NCBI GenBank assembly: GCA_034439575.1
Contig: JAWXAQ010000035.1
Coordinates: forward strand, 96,001 to 160,000
DNA from: Leptospira sp.
Lineage (GTDB): Bacteria; Spirochaetota; Leptospiria; Leptospirales; Leptospiraceae
Direction: 5' to 3'
Length of the DNA: 64,000 bases
Position 1 is the first letter of the stretch, and each line of letters opens with the position of its first letter. The notes beneath the pieces were generated by a model, which made no database searches, had not been told where the DNA came from, and saw only the letters and a program-made list of their open reading frames with translations. A program made the translations under genes and the position numbers. This document shows, one piece after another, positions 9,010 through 20,252 of this stretch.

Positions 9010-11430
9010 ATGGCAATAGCATATAACGATTTAAGGCAAGCAGTGTTGGGTAGCGGACCTATGGGTCTGATCATATCCTCCCTGATTGCTAAAAAATTTG
9101 ATGAAGTCGTGCTTTGGATTCCTGACCGGGAAATCGTAGAATCTTTAAAACGCAGACGCCAAACAGAAATTATGGGAATCACTTTGGACATTCCCGATCA
9201 TGTCCAAATTGTATCTAGTTTAGAAATTTTTGGAAGGGATGATTGGGCATTTCATATCGCTGTTCCTTCCCGATCTTTTATGGACAGTCTGCACTCATTA
9301 ATTGATACCATAAGTCCCAAAAATGATTTTGTATTTTCTTTTTTTACAAAAGGTATTTTGGACTCCAAATATAGAAAAAAGCACGGATTCGTCACTTATA
9401 GTCAATATCTTGAATTTATTTTAAAAGAAAAAAATATTACTTCTTCTACGATAGCAGTTGTTAATGGACCATCTATGATTGCTGAGATCATGGAAGAAAA
9501 ATATGCTTATTTCAATGTGGGTTCATCCGAAAAAAAGACGAGCGAATTTATTTCCGAAATTTTTAACTCAAATAGAATCAATTCATCCATTACAGAAGAC
9601 GTGCATGGGATGGAAATCATTGGCGTTGCTAAAAATCCGATGGCCATTGCTTCTGGAATTGTCTCACTAATGCCTCATTATGGCTCAAATCTATTAGGTG
9701 AGCTTTTATCAAATGGATTCCAAGAAGTTCGAGACTTAGCCATGAAATACGGGGCTCGCATTGATACTGTTATGGGAAGATCTGGCCTAGCCGACTTTAT
9801 AGCAACCGCGACAAGTGGAAAAAGTCGAAATAGAAATTTTGGAAGAAAAATCGTTGGAGAATTGTTAAGCGGACAAGAAAAATTGAGCATCCGTGATCGG
9901 ATTGAAATATTTTTTTCTCCAAAACAATTTATCGAAAGGGAATCCGATAAATGGCATGATAATATTGAAGGAACCTATGCATTAAGTATTCTCATAGAAC
10001 TCGCTAATGAAATTCGTTTACCTTTTACTTTACATCGAATCTTATTTGATGTACTTACTAGAAAACAACCACCAGAAGCTCTTATTAATTATATACAAGG
10101 TGGAAGCAACCAAACTCTTGCGCCACCTCCAGTCGTTCCTAAACGTGTTGGCCTTGACTTAACATCGGGAATAGACTTTCACACCTTGCTTGTTGACAGA
10201 ATTTTAAAAAATGTCCAAAATTCTCAAGGTAGTATTGGAAGAATCAAAAAACAATCTTCGGCAATCATAGAATCTACTCAAAAAAGATTAACAAAAGCTA
10301 AACGAACCAAACAAAAACTCGAAGAAAATAAATTCTCTGCCGAAATGGAAATCTGGCAAAAGTTCAATCGTGCAAATAGTGATGAAGATTCTACTTTCAT
10401 AAAAGAACTGATTCGATTTTATGTTCGAGAGATAGCTGATAATTATAGTCCTACAGTTCGTGAATCTTTGTTACGTTTTATTGCACCGATTCGTCTATTT
10501 TCTGGGGGATTTCTCAAAGGTTCAATGATACCTCATGTCGGTGGAAAAACCGAAGTAGTGAAAGCATTATCATCAAAATATAATGTTTTATATGCCCCCA
10601 CACATAGATCTCATTTAGATTCCGTGGAAGTCGCATATTCATTGTTCCACTTAGGACTTCCTGTTCCCCGTTATGCGGCTGGGATAAACTTAATGTCAAA
10701 TCCTTTTTGGGAGTGGATGTTAAAATCATTGGGCGCATACGCAGTAGATCGAGAACGAACACGAAATAGTTTATACCTTGAATGTTTAACTTTATATTCG
10801 CAAGTTATGCTTGAACAAGGTATACCTTCCCTTGTTTATCCAGAAGGTACTAGATCAAGGACTGGAGCTATTGTTCCAGTCAAAACAGGACTATTAACTA
10901 CAGCAGTAAATGCGTTTCGAAGCTCGGGTACAGAAATTTTAATCGTTCCAATTTCAATTTCTTATGAATCAGTCCCAGAAGATAATCAATTCTGTGACAT
11001 TGATGAAGAATTAGGCATGGCAGGCTTTCTTGCGAAAAGAACAAATGTTTATGTAGAATTTTGTGATCCCATCCCAATTTCACAATATGCACATAACGAT
11101 GACGCTACCCTTGAATTATCTTATCGCATAACTAAAGGATGGAAACAATTTCATAAATTATTGCCAAATCAAATCATTGCAAAATTATTAATGGAAAATG
11201 AACATCATATTGAAATATCTCAGGCAACTATGTTAGTTGAAGATTTTATTTCGAGACACCCGGGCAATTACTTAACTAAAGATCCAGAAGAAATCTGGTC
11301 TAAAGGAAAAAAAATTCTAGAAAAAAGAAAGTTTGTAGAAGAAACAAATCGAGTTTTACAATCTAAAAATCAAGCTTTGGTCAATTATTATGGATCGATG
11401 ATTCCAGAAGATGAAGACAAAAAATATTAA
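9010..11430 (+). CDS. Fusion of NAD(P)H-dependent glycerol-3-phosphate dehydrogenase (GpsA-like) and PlsB-type acyltransferase
   Basis: N-term GSGPMG, AVPS, TKG, GPS, AKNPMAIASG, GLAD, SRN; C-term HRSHLD, GAYAVDR, YPEGTRSRTG, IVPISISYE. Confidence 0.88.
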   Translation: MAIAYNDLRQAVLGSGPMGLIISSLIAKKFDEVVLWIPDREIVESLKRRRQTEIMGITLDIPDHVQIVSSLEIFGRDDWAFHIAVPSRSFMDSLHSLIDTISPKNDFVFSFFTKGILDSKYRKKHGFVTYSQYLEFILKEKNITSSTIAVVNGPSMIAEIMEEKYAYFNVGSSEKKTSEFISEIFNSNRINSSITEDVHGMEIIGVAKNPMAIASGIVSLMPHYGSNLLGELLSNGFQEVRDLAMKYGARIDTVMGRSGLADFIATATSGKSRNRNFGRKIVGELLSGQEKLSIRDRIEIFFSPKQFIERESDKWHDNIEGTYALSILIELANEIRLPFTLHRILFDVLTRKQPPEALINYIQGGSNQTLAPPPVVPKRVGLDLTSGIDFHTLLVDRILKNVQNSQGSIGRIKKQSSAIIESTQKRLTKAKRTKQKLEENKFSAEMEIWQKFNRANSDEDSTFIKELIRFYVREIADNYSPTVRESLLRFIAPIRLFSGGFLKGSMIPHVGGKTEVVKALSSKYNVLYAPTHRSHLDSVEVAYSLFHLGLPVPRYAAGINLMSNPFWEWMLKSLGAYAVDRERTRNSLYLECLTLYSQVMLEQGIPSLVYPEGTRSRTGAIVPVKTGLLTTAVNAFRSSGTEILIVPISISYESVPEDNQFCDIDEELGMAGFLAKRTNVYVEFCDPIPISQYAHNDDATLELSYRITKGWKQFHKLLPNQIIAKLLMENEHHIEISQATMLVEDFISRHPGNYLTKDPEEIWSKGKKILEKRKFVEETNRVLQSKNQALVNYYGSMIPEDEDKKY

Positions 11431-11441
11431 TTAAGACCATT

Positions 11442-12347
11442 CTAATTCTCTAATATCGGATCTATCTTAATGACTCTTTTACCAGAATTAATAAGGTAAA
11501 CGGCAATGATCGCGAGTGCTCCGCCAATCAAAACATTGGCCTGAATCTTTTCACCTAAGATTAAATAACTGGAAAGATATGCGGAAAGTGGCACTGTGAA
11601 TATAAATGAACTTGCAATGTCAGATCCCAAATTCCTAGCCGCATAAAAGTAAACTGTTGTTCCAAAGGTCGTAGAAATAATAGAAAGATAAAAGACAATC
11701 AACCAAAATTCTGCACCAAAGGAAAATACGGTTAACAATGTCGGATCTTGAAAGCAAAACATAAATTCAATAATAGTCCCAACAGCATAAACATATAGAC
11801 TATAGGCGATCGGTGACATACTTTTACCGGACCTTTGGCTATTCAAAGAAAGTACGGCCCAAGTGATAGATCCTAAAAGAAAAAATAGGTTTCCAGATTG
11901 AATTAAGTTATCAATTGAGATTTCCCAGACTTTTAAAATTGTCATTCCCCCAAGTAAACCAAAGAATAAACCTAACGACTGTCTTTTGTTAACTCCTCTC
12001 TTTAATAATATAGCGACAATAAAAAAAGTGACTATAGGATTTAAAGTAGTTACGAGAACTCCACCTGCACCTGGCAATCCATTGCTCAAACCCAAAAAGA
12101 AAAATTGATTATATAAGGTATATATGATTCCACCTATGATTACATCAAAATAATCACGGCCAGACTTTAGTAAAAAGGGAATTTTCAATAATAGCATCAA
12201 TGGAATGACGGAAGCAAAGGTTATCAAGAATCGCCAAAAAACCAATACATGAATCGGAACAGAATTTGAAATCATTTTGGCAATAGGCCAAGAGATACCC
12301 CATGATATCATAGCAATAACTAATAAAAATACAAATCGGAAATTCAT
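11442..12347 (-). CDS. DMT/EamA family transporter
   Basis: About 10 TM helices; WGxxW start, LNPI, C-terminal ILGE. Confidence 0.9.
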   Translation of the reverse strand: MNFRFVFLLVIAMISWGISWPIAKMISNSVPIHVLVFWRFLITFASVIPLMLLLKIPFLLKSGRDYFDVIIGGIIYTLYNQFFFLGLSNGLPGAGGVLVTTLNPIVTFFIVAILLKRGVNKRQSLGLFFGLLGGMTILKVWEISIDNLIQSGNLFFLLGSITWAVLSLNSQRSGKSMSPIAYSLYVYAVGTIIEFMFCFQDPTLLTVFSFGAEFWLIVFYLSIISTTFGTTVYFYAARNLGSDIASSFIFTVPLSAYLSSYLILGEKIQANVLIGGALAIIAVYLINSGKRVIKIDPILEN

Positions 12348-13252
12348 AAAAAACCTACTTCTAATATGTTAAAAAAAATATATGTAGTAAGAAAAGAAAG
12401 CGGAATCCCAATACCTAACATAAGACTTGCTAGATGCGGTGCTATGTTTCGATCAATCGCAACTATAGTAGATGTTACCATAGGTGCCATAGCGGCTTCC
12501 ATTACAATAGTTTTGTACATTAATTGATTCGGTGTAATAAAATGATAAACAAAAGCGACAATCATTGGAAGTAAAATTAACTTTACACCCAATCCGATGC
12601 CTAGCGCAAAAGAATGACCTTTCAATGTTCTCAAATTTAATAAAAAACCTACTGATACCAAAGCGAGAGGCGTCAATGTATCACCTAATCGAACAAGTAC
12701 GGTCATCAACCAAGAAGGATAATCAAAAGGTCGAAGTAAAATGGCTATAATTAAAGCAATCACTGGTGGAAAGGAAAATACTCTTTTTAATAGTGCACTC
12801 AATGTCCATTTACCTGATTCAGAAATGGATGCAAGTATCAATCCAGGAAAACTTAAAACAAAAAAGGTTCCCAATTGATCAGAAATGATAGCATAACCTA
12901 TAGCATCTTTACCAAGGTATAATTCCAATAATGGAATCCCGACAAACGATGTGTTTCCAAGCCCTGCTGTTAAAATCAAACAAATCGTAGTCTTTAATTC
13001 GAATATTTTAAAGTAATATAATACATAAAAAACAAGAACTGCTATGAAAAATATCATCCATGGCATTAGTGCCGGTAATAGAATTTCATAAGTTATATTA
13101 ACTTCATGAATATGCTTTAATACTAATGCTGGTAAGGACACATACAATATAAATGCATTGAGCACCTCAGGAGTATTTTTAGGGAATCTATCAATGCGTC
13201 GAAAGAGAATCCCCAATAAAAAACATAATATTAATAAAACTAAATTTGACAC
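12344..13252 (-). CDS. AEC (auxin efflux carrier) family transporter
   Basis: YVSLPAL, GNTSFVGIP, PLALVSVG, EAAMAP motifs. Confidence 0.88.
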   Translation of the reverse strand: MSNLVLLILCFLLGILFRRIDRFPKNTPEVLNAFILYVSLPALVLKHIHEVNITYEILLPALMPWMIFFIAVLVFYVLYYFKIFELKTTICLILTAGLGNTSFVGIPLLELYLGKDAIGYAIISDQLGTFFVLSFPGLILASISESGKWTLSALLKRVFSFPPVIALIIAILLRPFDYPSWLMTVLVRLGDTLTPLALVSVGFLLNLRTLKGHSFALGIGLGVKLILLPMIVAFVYHFITPNQLMYKTIVMEAAMAPMVTSTIVAIDRNIAPHLASLMLGIGIPLSFLTTYIFFNILEVGFL

Positions 13253-14967
13253 TAATATTGATTAATTGCATCCATTGCGACTGAATTCATAAATACTCCG
13301 TCAGCTCTTCTTGGTGCTTCCAGTCCGTTATCAAAAATTTCGGCAAATCCATTAGCAAAATGTAAATAGATAGATTCTTTTTGTTTTTTTTGATCATATA
13401 ATACTTGTTCAATTAATTCAGCAAGGGCAAAGACTCCATAGGCTAATTCTGCAATATAAACGCGATTCATTTCTCGCCATTCCTTTGTTTGTTCATCTAA
13501 AATAATATTCAGATCTTTTCTTTTTTTCAAAAATACATTCCAAACAAAATTTAAATTAGAAGATTTTTCAGCACCATTTGTTAATTCTGAGATCAATTGG
13601 TCAAAAGCCTGAAATACTTTTTTCTTCTGCATAGCATGTAATACGTGATTGGTGATAATTAGATGAGTTCCTTCCCAAGTTTCATTAATGATAGAATCAT
13701 TATGGAGTCTAGGTAGTGGCGAAAAATCAGCAATAATACCGTTTCCACCCAAACATAAAATTGCCTTTTGAGTGATTAAACTTGCTTGTGATGAAGATTT
13801 GTATTTTAAAAGTGGGATTAGTATATCAGCCGCTAAATGCTCTTTTTCACTCAGATGAATAGAACGAAAATTTACTAGTGTATTTGTTGTTTGCAAAATT
13901 TGCATTTCAGCGAGATTTCTTGCGAAGGCAGAAAATTGATTCACATTTTTCCCATACGCAGTTCTCCACTTTCCATATTCAATGGCTTCCATCACACTAC
14001 GTCTAGCATTTCCACAAGAACCTAAACCTACATGAATTCTTGATATCTTAATAATGTACTTTATGAGATTGACGATTCCATGACCTGGTCTGCCAAACTC
14101 TTCTGCTTCCACATCATCATAAATAATTTCAACTGTCACTTTTCCTCGAGATCCGATAATATCTTTTTTCCTAAGAATATGGTGACCATTTAATTCCCCA
14201 TTCTCTTTGAATCTCGGAACTAAAAACAATCCTATCGTATTTGAATTTTCTAATTTAGCAGTGGTTACCCACAGATCGCCTGGATTGGAACAAAACCATT
14301 TTTCACCAGTGAGTGACCATTTTCCATTTTCTAATTTTTTAGCTATTGTACGGTTAGCTGATACATTACTTCCACCAACTCGTTCTGTAACGTATTGTCC
14401 CGCCATAAAATGAGAATGGCTTCCCTCTCCTGCAACAAGAGGTAAATATTTTTCTTTTTGTTTATCGCTTCCGATTTTTTTCAGTCCTAATATCATTCCA
14501 TCAGTCATTGCCAATGGGCAAGCAACTCCACCTTCTCCATTTAAATTCATCAAATACGTTAACGCATAACGATGAATATGTGGAAATTCAAATTTCCAAT
14601 CTTTATGAAAATCTAAATTGACGACACCATGTTCATAAGATATTTTTCTAGATTCAATTTGTTCGGTTGAATACTGGATAAAATCAATTCGTTTACCAGT
14701 TCGATCATATTTGATCACTTCACCATACTTTCCTTCTTTGTGAGATTTTTCTGTTAACTCATCCAGTATTCCGCCAACCAATTGCCCATATTCACTGATA
14801 TGTTTTTCCATTGCTTCTTTATGCTCATTGGAAAAATTTTCAGAATATCTGCTGACAACTCGTTGTAAAGCTTGGTCCATTTCATAAAAATTTTTTCCCC
14901 TTAGGCCTATATAATTTGAAATGTCGTAGGATTGGAGAGAAGGATGTTCAGAAATATGATGATTCAT
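13252..14967 (-). CDS. Acyl-CoA dehydrogenase family protein (AidB-like)
   Basis: CPLAMT, TERVGGS, GEKWFCS, LGGNG, WEGT; start set at ATG 14967. Confidence 0.88.
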   Translation of the reverse strand: MNHHISEHPSLQSYDISNYIGLRGKNFYEMDQALQRVVSRYSENFSNEHKEAMEKHISEYGQLVGGILDELTEKSHKEGKYGEVIKYDRTGKRIDFIQYSTEQIESRKISYEHGVVNLDFHKDWKFEFPHIHRYALTYLMNLNGEGGVACPLAMTDGMILGLKKIGSDKQKEKYLPLVAGEGSHSHFMAGQYVTERVGGSNVSANRTIAKKLENGKWSLTGEKWFCSNPGDLWVTTAKLENSNTIGLFLVPRFKENGELNGHHILRKKDIIGSRGKVTVEIIYDDVEAEEFGRPGHGIVNLIKYIIKISRIHVGLGSCGNARRSVMEAIEYGKWRTAYGKNVNQFSAFARNLAEMQILQTTNTLVNFRSIHLSEKEHLAADILIPLLKYKSSSQASLITQKAILCLGGNGIIADFSPLPRLHNDSIINETWEGTHLIITNHVLHAMQKKKVFQAFDQLISELTNGAEKSSNLNFVWNVFLKKRKDLNIILDEQTKEWREMNRVYIAELAYGVFALAELIEQVLYDQKKQKESIYLHFANGFAEIFDNGLEAPRRADGVFMNSVAMDAINQY

Positions 14968-15052
14968 ACTTCCAATAAAGAAAAAGGAACAAGGTTTAAC
15001 TAGCAAAAAAGAAACGCTTTGCAATTTTGGTACAAAGGTTGAAACCAGAAAG

Positions 15053-15928
15053 ATGGTATCGAAGTTAGATACAAATAAATCAAAACAAATCCTTGGAGAT
15101 GTAATTTTTGAATTACAAAACCAAAGTGATTCCTTGCGTTGGTTTCTGACTTATGATCGCCTAGCAGAACTTCTAGAAATGCGTAAAGAAGACTGCATCA
15201 GAAAAATTTATCAATTCCGAAGTACAAAACCACAAATGGCTTTGTCGGGCGGATTTCATGAGGTGGACGGAGATTACCTTATTGATTTTCTGAGCGAGGT
15301 ATTGGATTTAGATGATGTCCCTGCAGATTTTTTGAAATCCGGAATATTTTTTAGCGAACGTCCGTTATATGAACTGAGAGAATCATACAAATCACTGATC
15401 CAAAAAACGACAGATAATCATAAACTTGATAAAGAGTTACTTCTTCTACTTGCTACTGCCACAATTGATTTTGATGATGCTGTTGATTCCTATTTGATGG
15501 ACAAATTTGAAATTCATTTTTTTGTAAATCGAGCCATTCATTTCTTTTTAGAATCTAGAGATATCAATTTCGAGTATGGTGCTGAAGAATTTTTACGCGA
15601 ATACCTTCTTGCACTCATTCCTACAAAAATTTTAAATTTTCGAGACATCACAAGAGAATTCAGAGAAAGAGCTTATTATGAAATTTTTGGTCGTATAAGA
15701 TCTGATAAACCAAAAAAGAAAAAATCAAAACAAAAAATAAACCTAGAAGTAGAAGAATTGCTTACTTTTTTTGATTTAGATCATGATGCAAAATTATCAG
15801 ATATCAAAAAGAAATTTAAAGAATTACTAAAAAAATACCATCCTGATATAAACAAAAAAGGCGAAGAGATGACAAAAAAAATCATTCTCAAATACAATCG
15901 CCTTATATTATTACTCAATCAAGCTTAA
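15053..15928 (+). CDS. Protein with C-terminal J domain (DnaJ co-chaperone type)
   Basis: [15 protein letters not shown] near C terminus; N-terminal region unrecognised. Confidence 0.82.
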   Translation: MVSKLDTNKSKQILGDVIFELQNQSDSLRWFLTYDRLAELLEMRKEDCIRKIYQFRSTKPQMALSGGFHEVDGDYLIDFLSEVLDLDDVPADFLKSGIFFSERPLYELRESYKSLIQKTTDNHKLDKELLLLLATATIDFDDAVDSYLMDKFEIHFFVNRAIHFFLESRDINFEYGAEEFLREYLLALIPTKILNFRDITREFRERAYYEIFGRIRSDKPKKKKSKQKINLEVEELLTFFDLDHDAKLSDIKKKFKELLKKYHPDINKKGEEMTKKIILKYNRLILLLNQA

Positions 15929-15936
15929 CGGTCGTT

Positions 15937-16488
15937 CTATTTTACTTTGATTTGAAATGCGTAATTTATTTGTATATCGTCTTTAGCTTTCATAAACAAA
16001 AGAGACGGATTTTCCAGTTCGTATTCTGAAAATTTAGCGATCACTTTCCCTTCAATAGAAATAACGTTCGCTTCAACTTCAGAAACGATCGCATTCGACG
16101 AAAAATCTTTAGTTCGTCCATGTATTGTTAATTTGCCTTTGATCGTATAAGAACCTTCCGTTAATTGGACAGATTCCACTTTTATTTGGACCAATGGAAA
16201 TTCAGGATATCCCAAGATTTCTTTAATATGATCATCCCGACCATCATCACCCGATGTTATTTTAACAACGGGAACAGAAATTTGGAATGGAGATTTGAGA
16301 TTATATTTTCTCCCATTTTGTTGGATCTTTACCTCATCAACAGTAATATCAGAACAAATGCCCGTTACATATTTTGTAGCATGATCTACGTTAAATGTGA
16401 TTTCTTTCTTAAGAACTTCGGAACCAAAAATGGATCCGCTCGTAAACATCACTAAACCTAAAACAACAATTAGCCTTTTAAATTTCAT
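15937..16488 (-). CDS. YceI family lipid/polyisoprenoid-binding protein
   Basis: Signal peptide; SGDDGRDDHI, GKLTIHG motifs. Confidence 0.85.
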   Translation of the reverse strand: MKFKRLIVVLGLVMFTSGSIFGSEVLKKEITFNVDHATKYVTGICSDITVDEVKIQQNGRKYNLKSPFQISVPVVKITSGDDGRDDHIKEILGYPEFPLVQIKVESVQLTEGSYTIKGKLTIHGRTKDFSSNAIVSEVEANVISIEGKVIAKFSEYELENPSLLFMKAKDDIQINYAFQIKVK

Positions 16489-16510
16489 ATCATTCTCCCG
16501 TAATCATAAT

Positions 16511-17206
16511 TCACAATATTGAACCTTTCCAAGTAGCAACTCCACTACCTTCTATCGGAAACGGATCACCAAGAAACTTTGGTGGAGTTTCCCAAAGGAT
16601 ATCCCAAAGTGCCAGTTGTCTGGCAAAAATTTCGCGTAAGCCATAAAAACGCTCTTTCTTATATATACGTAAATTGCATTCAAAAGCATACAACTTAAGA
16701 TTTAATTTGTTACCCAAATAAATAGCTCTTGGTAAAAAGAAAGACTGGCTTACAAAAATTGCATCTTTGACTTGAAAAACTTCTTTCGCACGGATAAGTG
16801 TATCAAGTGTACGAAATCCAGCATGATCTACAAACAAATCCTCAGGTCGCACTTGGTTTTTTAGCATAAAATCTAACATAGGTTTGAGTTCGTTATAATC
16901 CGATTGCCCATTATCACCTGACAGCAATATTTTTTTAACTTTTTTTGCCTTATATAAACTTAATCCGCACGCAAGGCGATCCGATAGAATCGTGGAAGGT
17001 GTTTTTCCACGCACAGCGGCACCAGGAATGATTGCCACTTGTGCCACAGGCATATTTTCGGTGAGAGATGAATGTTCTGAAGACGCGTACGCAGACTCGA
17101 TGCGGTAGTCAAAATATAGAATTAAAATGAGACAGAATAAGCATAAGATTCCTAATAATTTTATGAGGGATTTCCACTTGACCGAAGAAAGGAAACCGAA
17201 CGTCAT
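16511..17206 (-). CDS. SanA/ElyC (DUF218) family protein
   Basis: N-terminal TM; ILLSGDN, YNE, DHAGFRTLDT, REIFAR; start uncertain. Confidence 0.85.
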   Translation of the reverse strand: MTFGFLSSVKWKSLIKLLGILCLFCLILILYFDYRIESAYASSEHSSLTENMPVAQVAIIPGAAVRGKTPSTILSDRLACGLSLYKAKKVKKILLSGDNGQSDYNELKPMLDFMLKNQVRPEDLFVDHAGFRTLDTLIRAKEVFQVKDAIFVSQSFFLPRAIYLGNKLNLKLYAFECNLRIYKKERFYGLREIFARQLALWDILWETPPKFLGDPFPIEGSGVATWKGSIL

Positions 17207-17231
17207 ATATATGTAGGATCTGAGCTTTGCC

Positions 17232-18245
17232 ATGAAGAAAAAAATTAAAGACCTTAAATCTGTTTTCTCACAGGACAATCCTCAGATCAAGAAACAGATT
17301 GATCGGGTCAAAGAAAAAGGACACCAAAGAATGACAATTATGGTCATTCCGCATGGTTATGATAGTTCGTTTAATTTTCAAATTTCCGTTTTCACAATTG
17401 TGTTTTTTCTGGGGCTAACAGTTTCCCTACTTTCCATTGCAATTTTGGCCGTTGTTCGCTCAAGCAACACTCAATCCCAAATCAATCAACTATCAGAAAT
17501 TTATGGAAATTATTTTGATACATACTTAACACATTCTCAACAATTTGAAGAGATGCGAGAAGAATATTCTAAGTTAAATGAGAATTTAATAGAACTATTT
17601 TCGCTCATTGATGGCCAAGATGACGAATTATTAAAAATTCCATCGGAAGATAGCATTCAATCTTCCGCATATGAACTCATACAGAAAGAAGAATTGGAAG
17701 ACAAACAATTGGATGTGGGTAGAAAGTACTTAAATGAAATTTATGATCTTAGAAACTTAAAATTTCGAATGACCGCCAATCAAAAATTAGTAGATGTTAA
17801 CTTTGATTTTTTATACAATCGAGCAGCTGTATTGTCCTCAACCCCATTATACAACCCAGTGTTATCTTATAACTTAACTTCAGCATTTGGCATGAGAAAA
17901 TCACCAACATCTGGCTTTTGGGAATTTCATGATGGTGTTGACCTAGCAAATGCTACTGGCACTCCTATTTACGCGACCGCCCCTGGAAAAGTGATTAAAG
18001 TTTCATATTCGAGCACTGGGTATGGACATCACATAGTGATACAACATGATTTTGGTTATACGACATTATACGGTCATTGTTCAAGAATACTTGTAAGAAT
18101 GGGACAAAATGTAAATCAAGGCGATTTAATTGGTGAAGTTGGTGCGACTGGCAATGTCACTGGGCCACATTTACATTATGAGATTCTTGTTTCTGAAGAA
18201 GGCAAACTTGACCCAGAAGAATATATGCAATCAGGGATTTATTGA
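17232..18245 (+). CDS. M23 family metallopeptidase with TM anchor and coiled coil
   Basis: HDGVD (HxxxD), GYGH, YGH, TGPHLHYE. Confidence 0.93.
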   Translation: MKKKIKDLKSVFSQDNPQIKKQIDRVKEKGHQRMTIMVIPHGYDSSFNFQISVFTIVFFLGLTVSLLSIAILAVVRSSNTQSQINQLSEIYGNYFDTYLTHSQQFEEMREEYSKLNENLIELFSLIDGQDDELLKIPSEDSIQSSAYELIQKEELEDKQLDVGRKYLNEIYDLRNLKFRMTANQKLVDVNFDFLYNRAAVLSSTPLYNPVLSYNLTSAFGMRKSPTSGFWEFHDGVDLANATGTPIYATAPGKVIKVSYSSTGYGHHIVIQHDFGYTTLYGHCSRILVRMGQNVNQGDLIGEVGATGNVTGPHLHYEILVSEEGKLDPEEYMQSGIY

Positions 18246-20252
18246 TTGGAATCAGACGATAAAATCAAAAAAAAAATTAAATTCCTTACTAAAGAGATTC
18301 TTTCGCATAACGAAAGATACTATAAAGAAAATAATCCCATTATTCCAGACCAAGAATATGATTCACTCTTAAGTGAATTAAAATCTCTGGAAGAACAATA
18401 TCCACAATGGATTCAAAAAAACTCACCCACAAAAGCTATAGGCTCTGATCTCTCAAATCAATTTACTAAATTTAAACATGAGGTGCCTGTTCTTTCATTA
18501 GATAATACATACAATACTGAGGAACTTTCGGATTGGATAGAAAAAACAGGCTCAGAACTCGAATATTCATTGGAATGGAAAATTGATGGCGCTTCCATTT
18601 TGTTATATTATGTGGACGGAAAGTTGTCCAATTGTGTCACCAGGGGAACTGGTGGTATTGGAGATATTGTTACAGAAAATGTAAAAACCATTAAATCAAT
18701 CCCTCACACCCTATCAGGCAATTTAACGCTTGCTGTGCGAGGTGAAATCTTTATGAATTTTTCTGATTTTGAAGAATTTAATGAAGAGTATGGGGGGAAA
18801 TTTGCTAATCCCAGAAATTTATCTGCAGGCTCAATCAAACACAAAGATCCGAACGAAGTCGCCAAACGTCCATTAAGGATTTTCGTCTACGATGCATATC
18901 TAGGAAAAGGACGAAAAGGATTCCACACACACCAAGACATTTTAAACCTTTTAAAAAAAGAAAAATTTCCCCTGGCACCAGATACGAAATTTATTTCGGG
19001 AAATAAATTAATCAAAATAATCGATGAATTTAAAAGCAAAAAAGATAAAATGCCGTTTCCAATTGATGGATTGGTGATTAAATTAAATTCACTTGAAAAA
19101 AGAGAATCCCTCGGCGAAACTTCGCAATCTCCCAGATGGGCAAGAGCATTTAAATTTGATGCTTTGATGAAAGAAACCGAAATCGAAGAAATTGATTTTG
19201 CGATTGGCCGAACGGGAAAAATCACTCCAAGAGCCAAAGTAACTCCTACACTTCTAGCTGGAACAACTGTTACTTATGCAACATTACATAACCAAGACTA
19301 CATTGACGCATTGGGTGCAGGAATCGGCGCCAAAGTTTTAATTTCGAAACGTGGTGAAATCATTCCTGCTGTGGAAAAGGTAATTTCGCCTCCTCCGAAT
19401 GGAGTTTTTAAACTTCCAAGTAAGTGTCCTTCTTGTAATACAAAATTAGTAAAGGTTGATGAATCCGTTGATTTCTTTTGTACAAATAGACATTGCCCTG
19501 AAAGAGAAAAGAATACTCTTATATTCTATTGTTCTAAAAAACAAATGAACATAGAAGGATTAGGCGAAAAACAAATTGAATCCTTTTATAACAAACAATG
19601 GATTCATTCTATCATTGATTTATATAAACTGCATAAACGACGTTCCGAACTTATCGTCTTAGACGGATTTGGTGAAAAATCGGTTGAAATTATATTATCT
19701 GGCATCGAAAAATCCAAAGAAAAAGATTTTCGATTTACCTTACCATCCTTGGGATTGAATGAGATTGGGCCGAAAGTAACAGAAGTCCTTATTGAAAATG
19801 GTTTGGATTCTTGGGATAAAATTGTAGCTGTTTGCAAGAAAAAAGATGCTGAATCAGAACTTTCTGAAATCCACGGTATTGGTCCTAGAACTATAAAAGC
19901 GCTACTTTTTTATACAAAAGATAAAGAAACAAATAAGTTAATCAAAGAATTGATTTCTGTCGGAGTTAAATTTACAACCGATGAAAGGGAAAAGAGCGAG
20001 TTACAACCGTTTATTGGTCAATCTTGGTGTGTGACAGGTAGTTTCGAAAACTTCCAACCCAGAGATAAAGCGATGGATATCATCACAAAACATGGCGGCC
20101 GAAAAGTTTCCGCCGTGTCCTCTAAAACCACACACCTGCTATATGGTCCAGGTGCGGGTTCAAAATTAGATAAAGCTCAAGAGCTAGGAATTAAAACTTT
20201 AAATGAAGAAGAGTTTATAAAATACCTAACGCAAGAGGGAATTTCATTTTAG
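18246..20252 (+). CDS. ligA: NAD-dependent DNA ligase
   Basis: KIDG adenylation motif, ANPRN, DGLVIK, Cys4 zinc finger, HhH motifs, C-terminal BRCT; TTG start. Confidence 0.97.
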   Translation: MESDDKIKKKIKFLTKEILSHNERYYKENNPIIPDQEYDSLLSELKSLEEQYPQWIQKNSPTKAIGSDLSNQFTKFKHEVPVLSLDNTYNTEELSDWIEKTGSELEYSLEWKIDGASILLYYVDGKLSNCVTRGTGGIGDIVTENVKTIKSIPHTLSGNLTLAVRGEIFMNFSDFEEFNEEYGGKFANPRNLSAGSIKHKDPNEVAKRPLRIFVYDAYLGKGRKGFHTHQDILNLLKKEKFPLAPDTKFISGNKLIKIIDEFKSKKDKMPFPIDGLVIKLNSLEKRESLGETSQSPRWARAFKFDALMKETEIEEIDFAIGRTGKITPRAKVTPTLLAGTTVTYATLHNQDYIDALGAGIGAKVLISKRGEIIPAVEKVISPPPNGVFKLPSKCPSCNTKLVKVDESVDFFCTNRHCPEREKNTLIFYCSKKQMNIEGLGEKQIESFYNKQWIHSIIDLYKLHKRRSELIVLDGFGEKSVEIILSGIEKSKEKDFRFTLPSLGLNEIGPKVTEVLIENGLDSWDKIVAVCKKKDAESELSEIHGIGPRTIKALLFYTKDKETNKLIKELISVGVKFTTDEREKSELQPFIGQSWCVTGSFENFQPRDKAMDIITKHGGRKVSAVSSKTTHLLYGPGAGSKLDKAQELGIKTLNEEEFIKYLTQEGISF

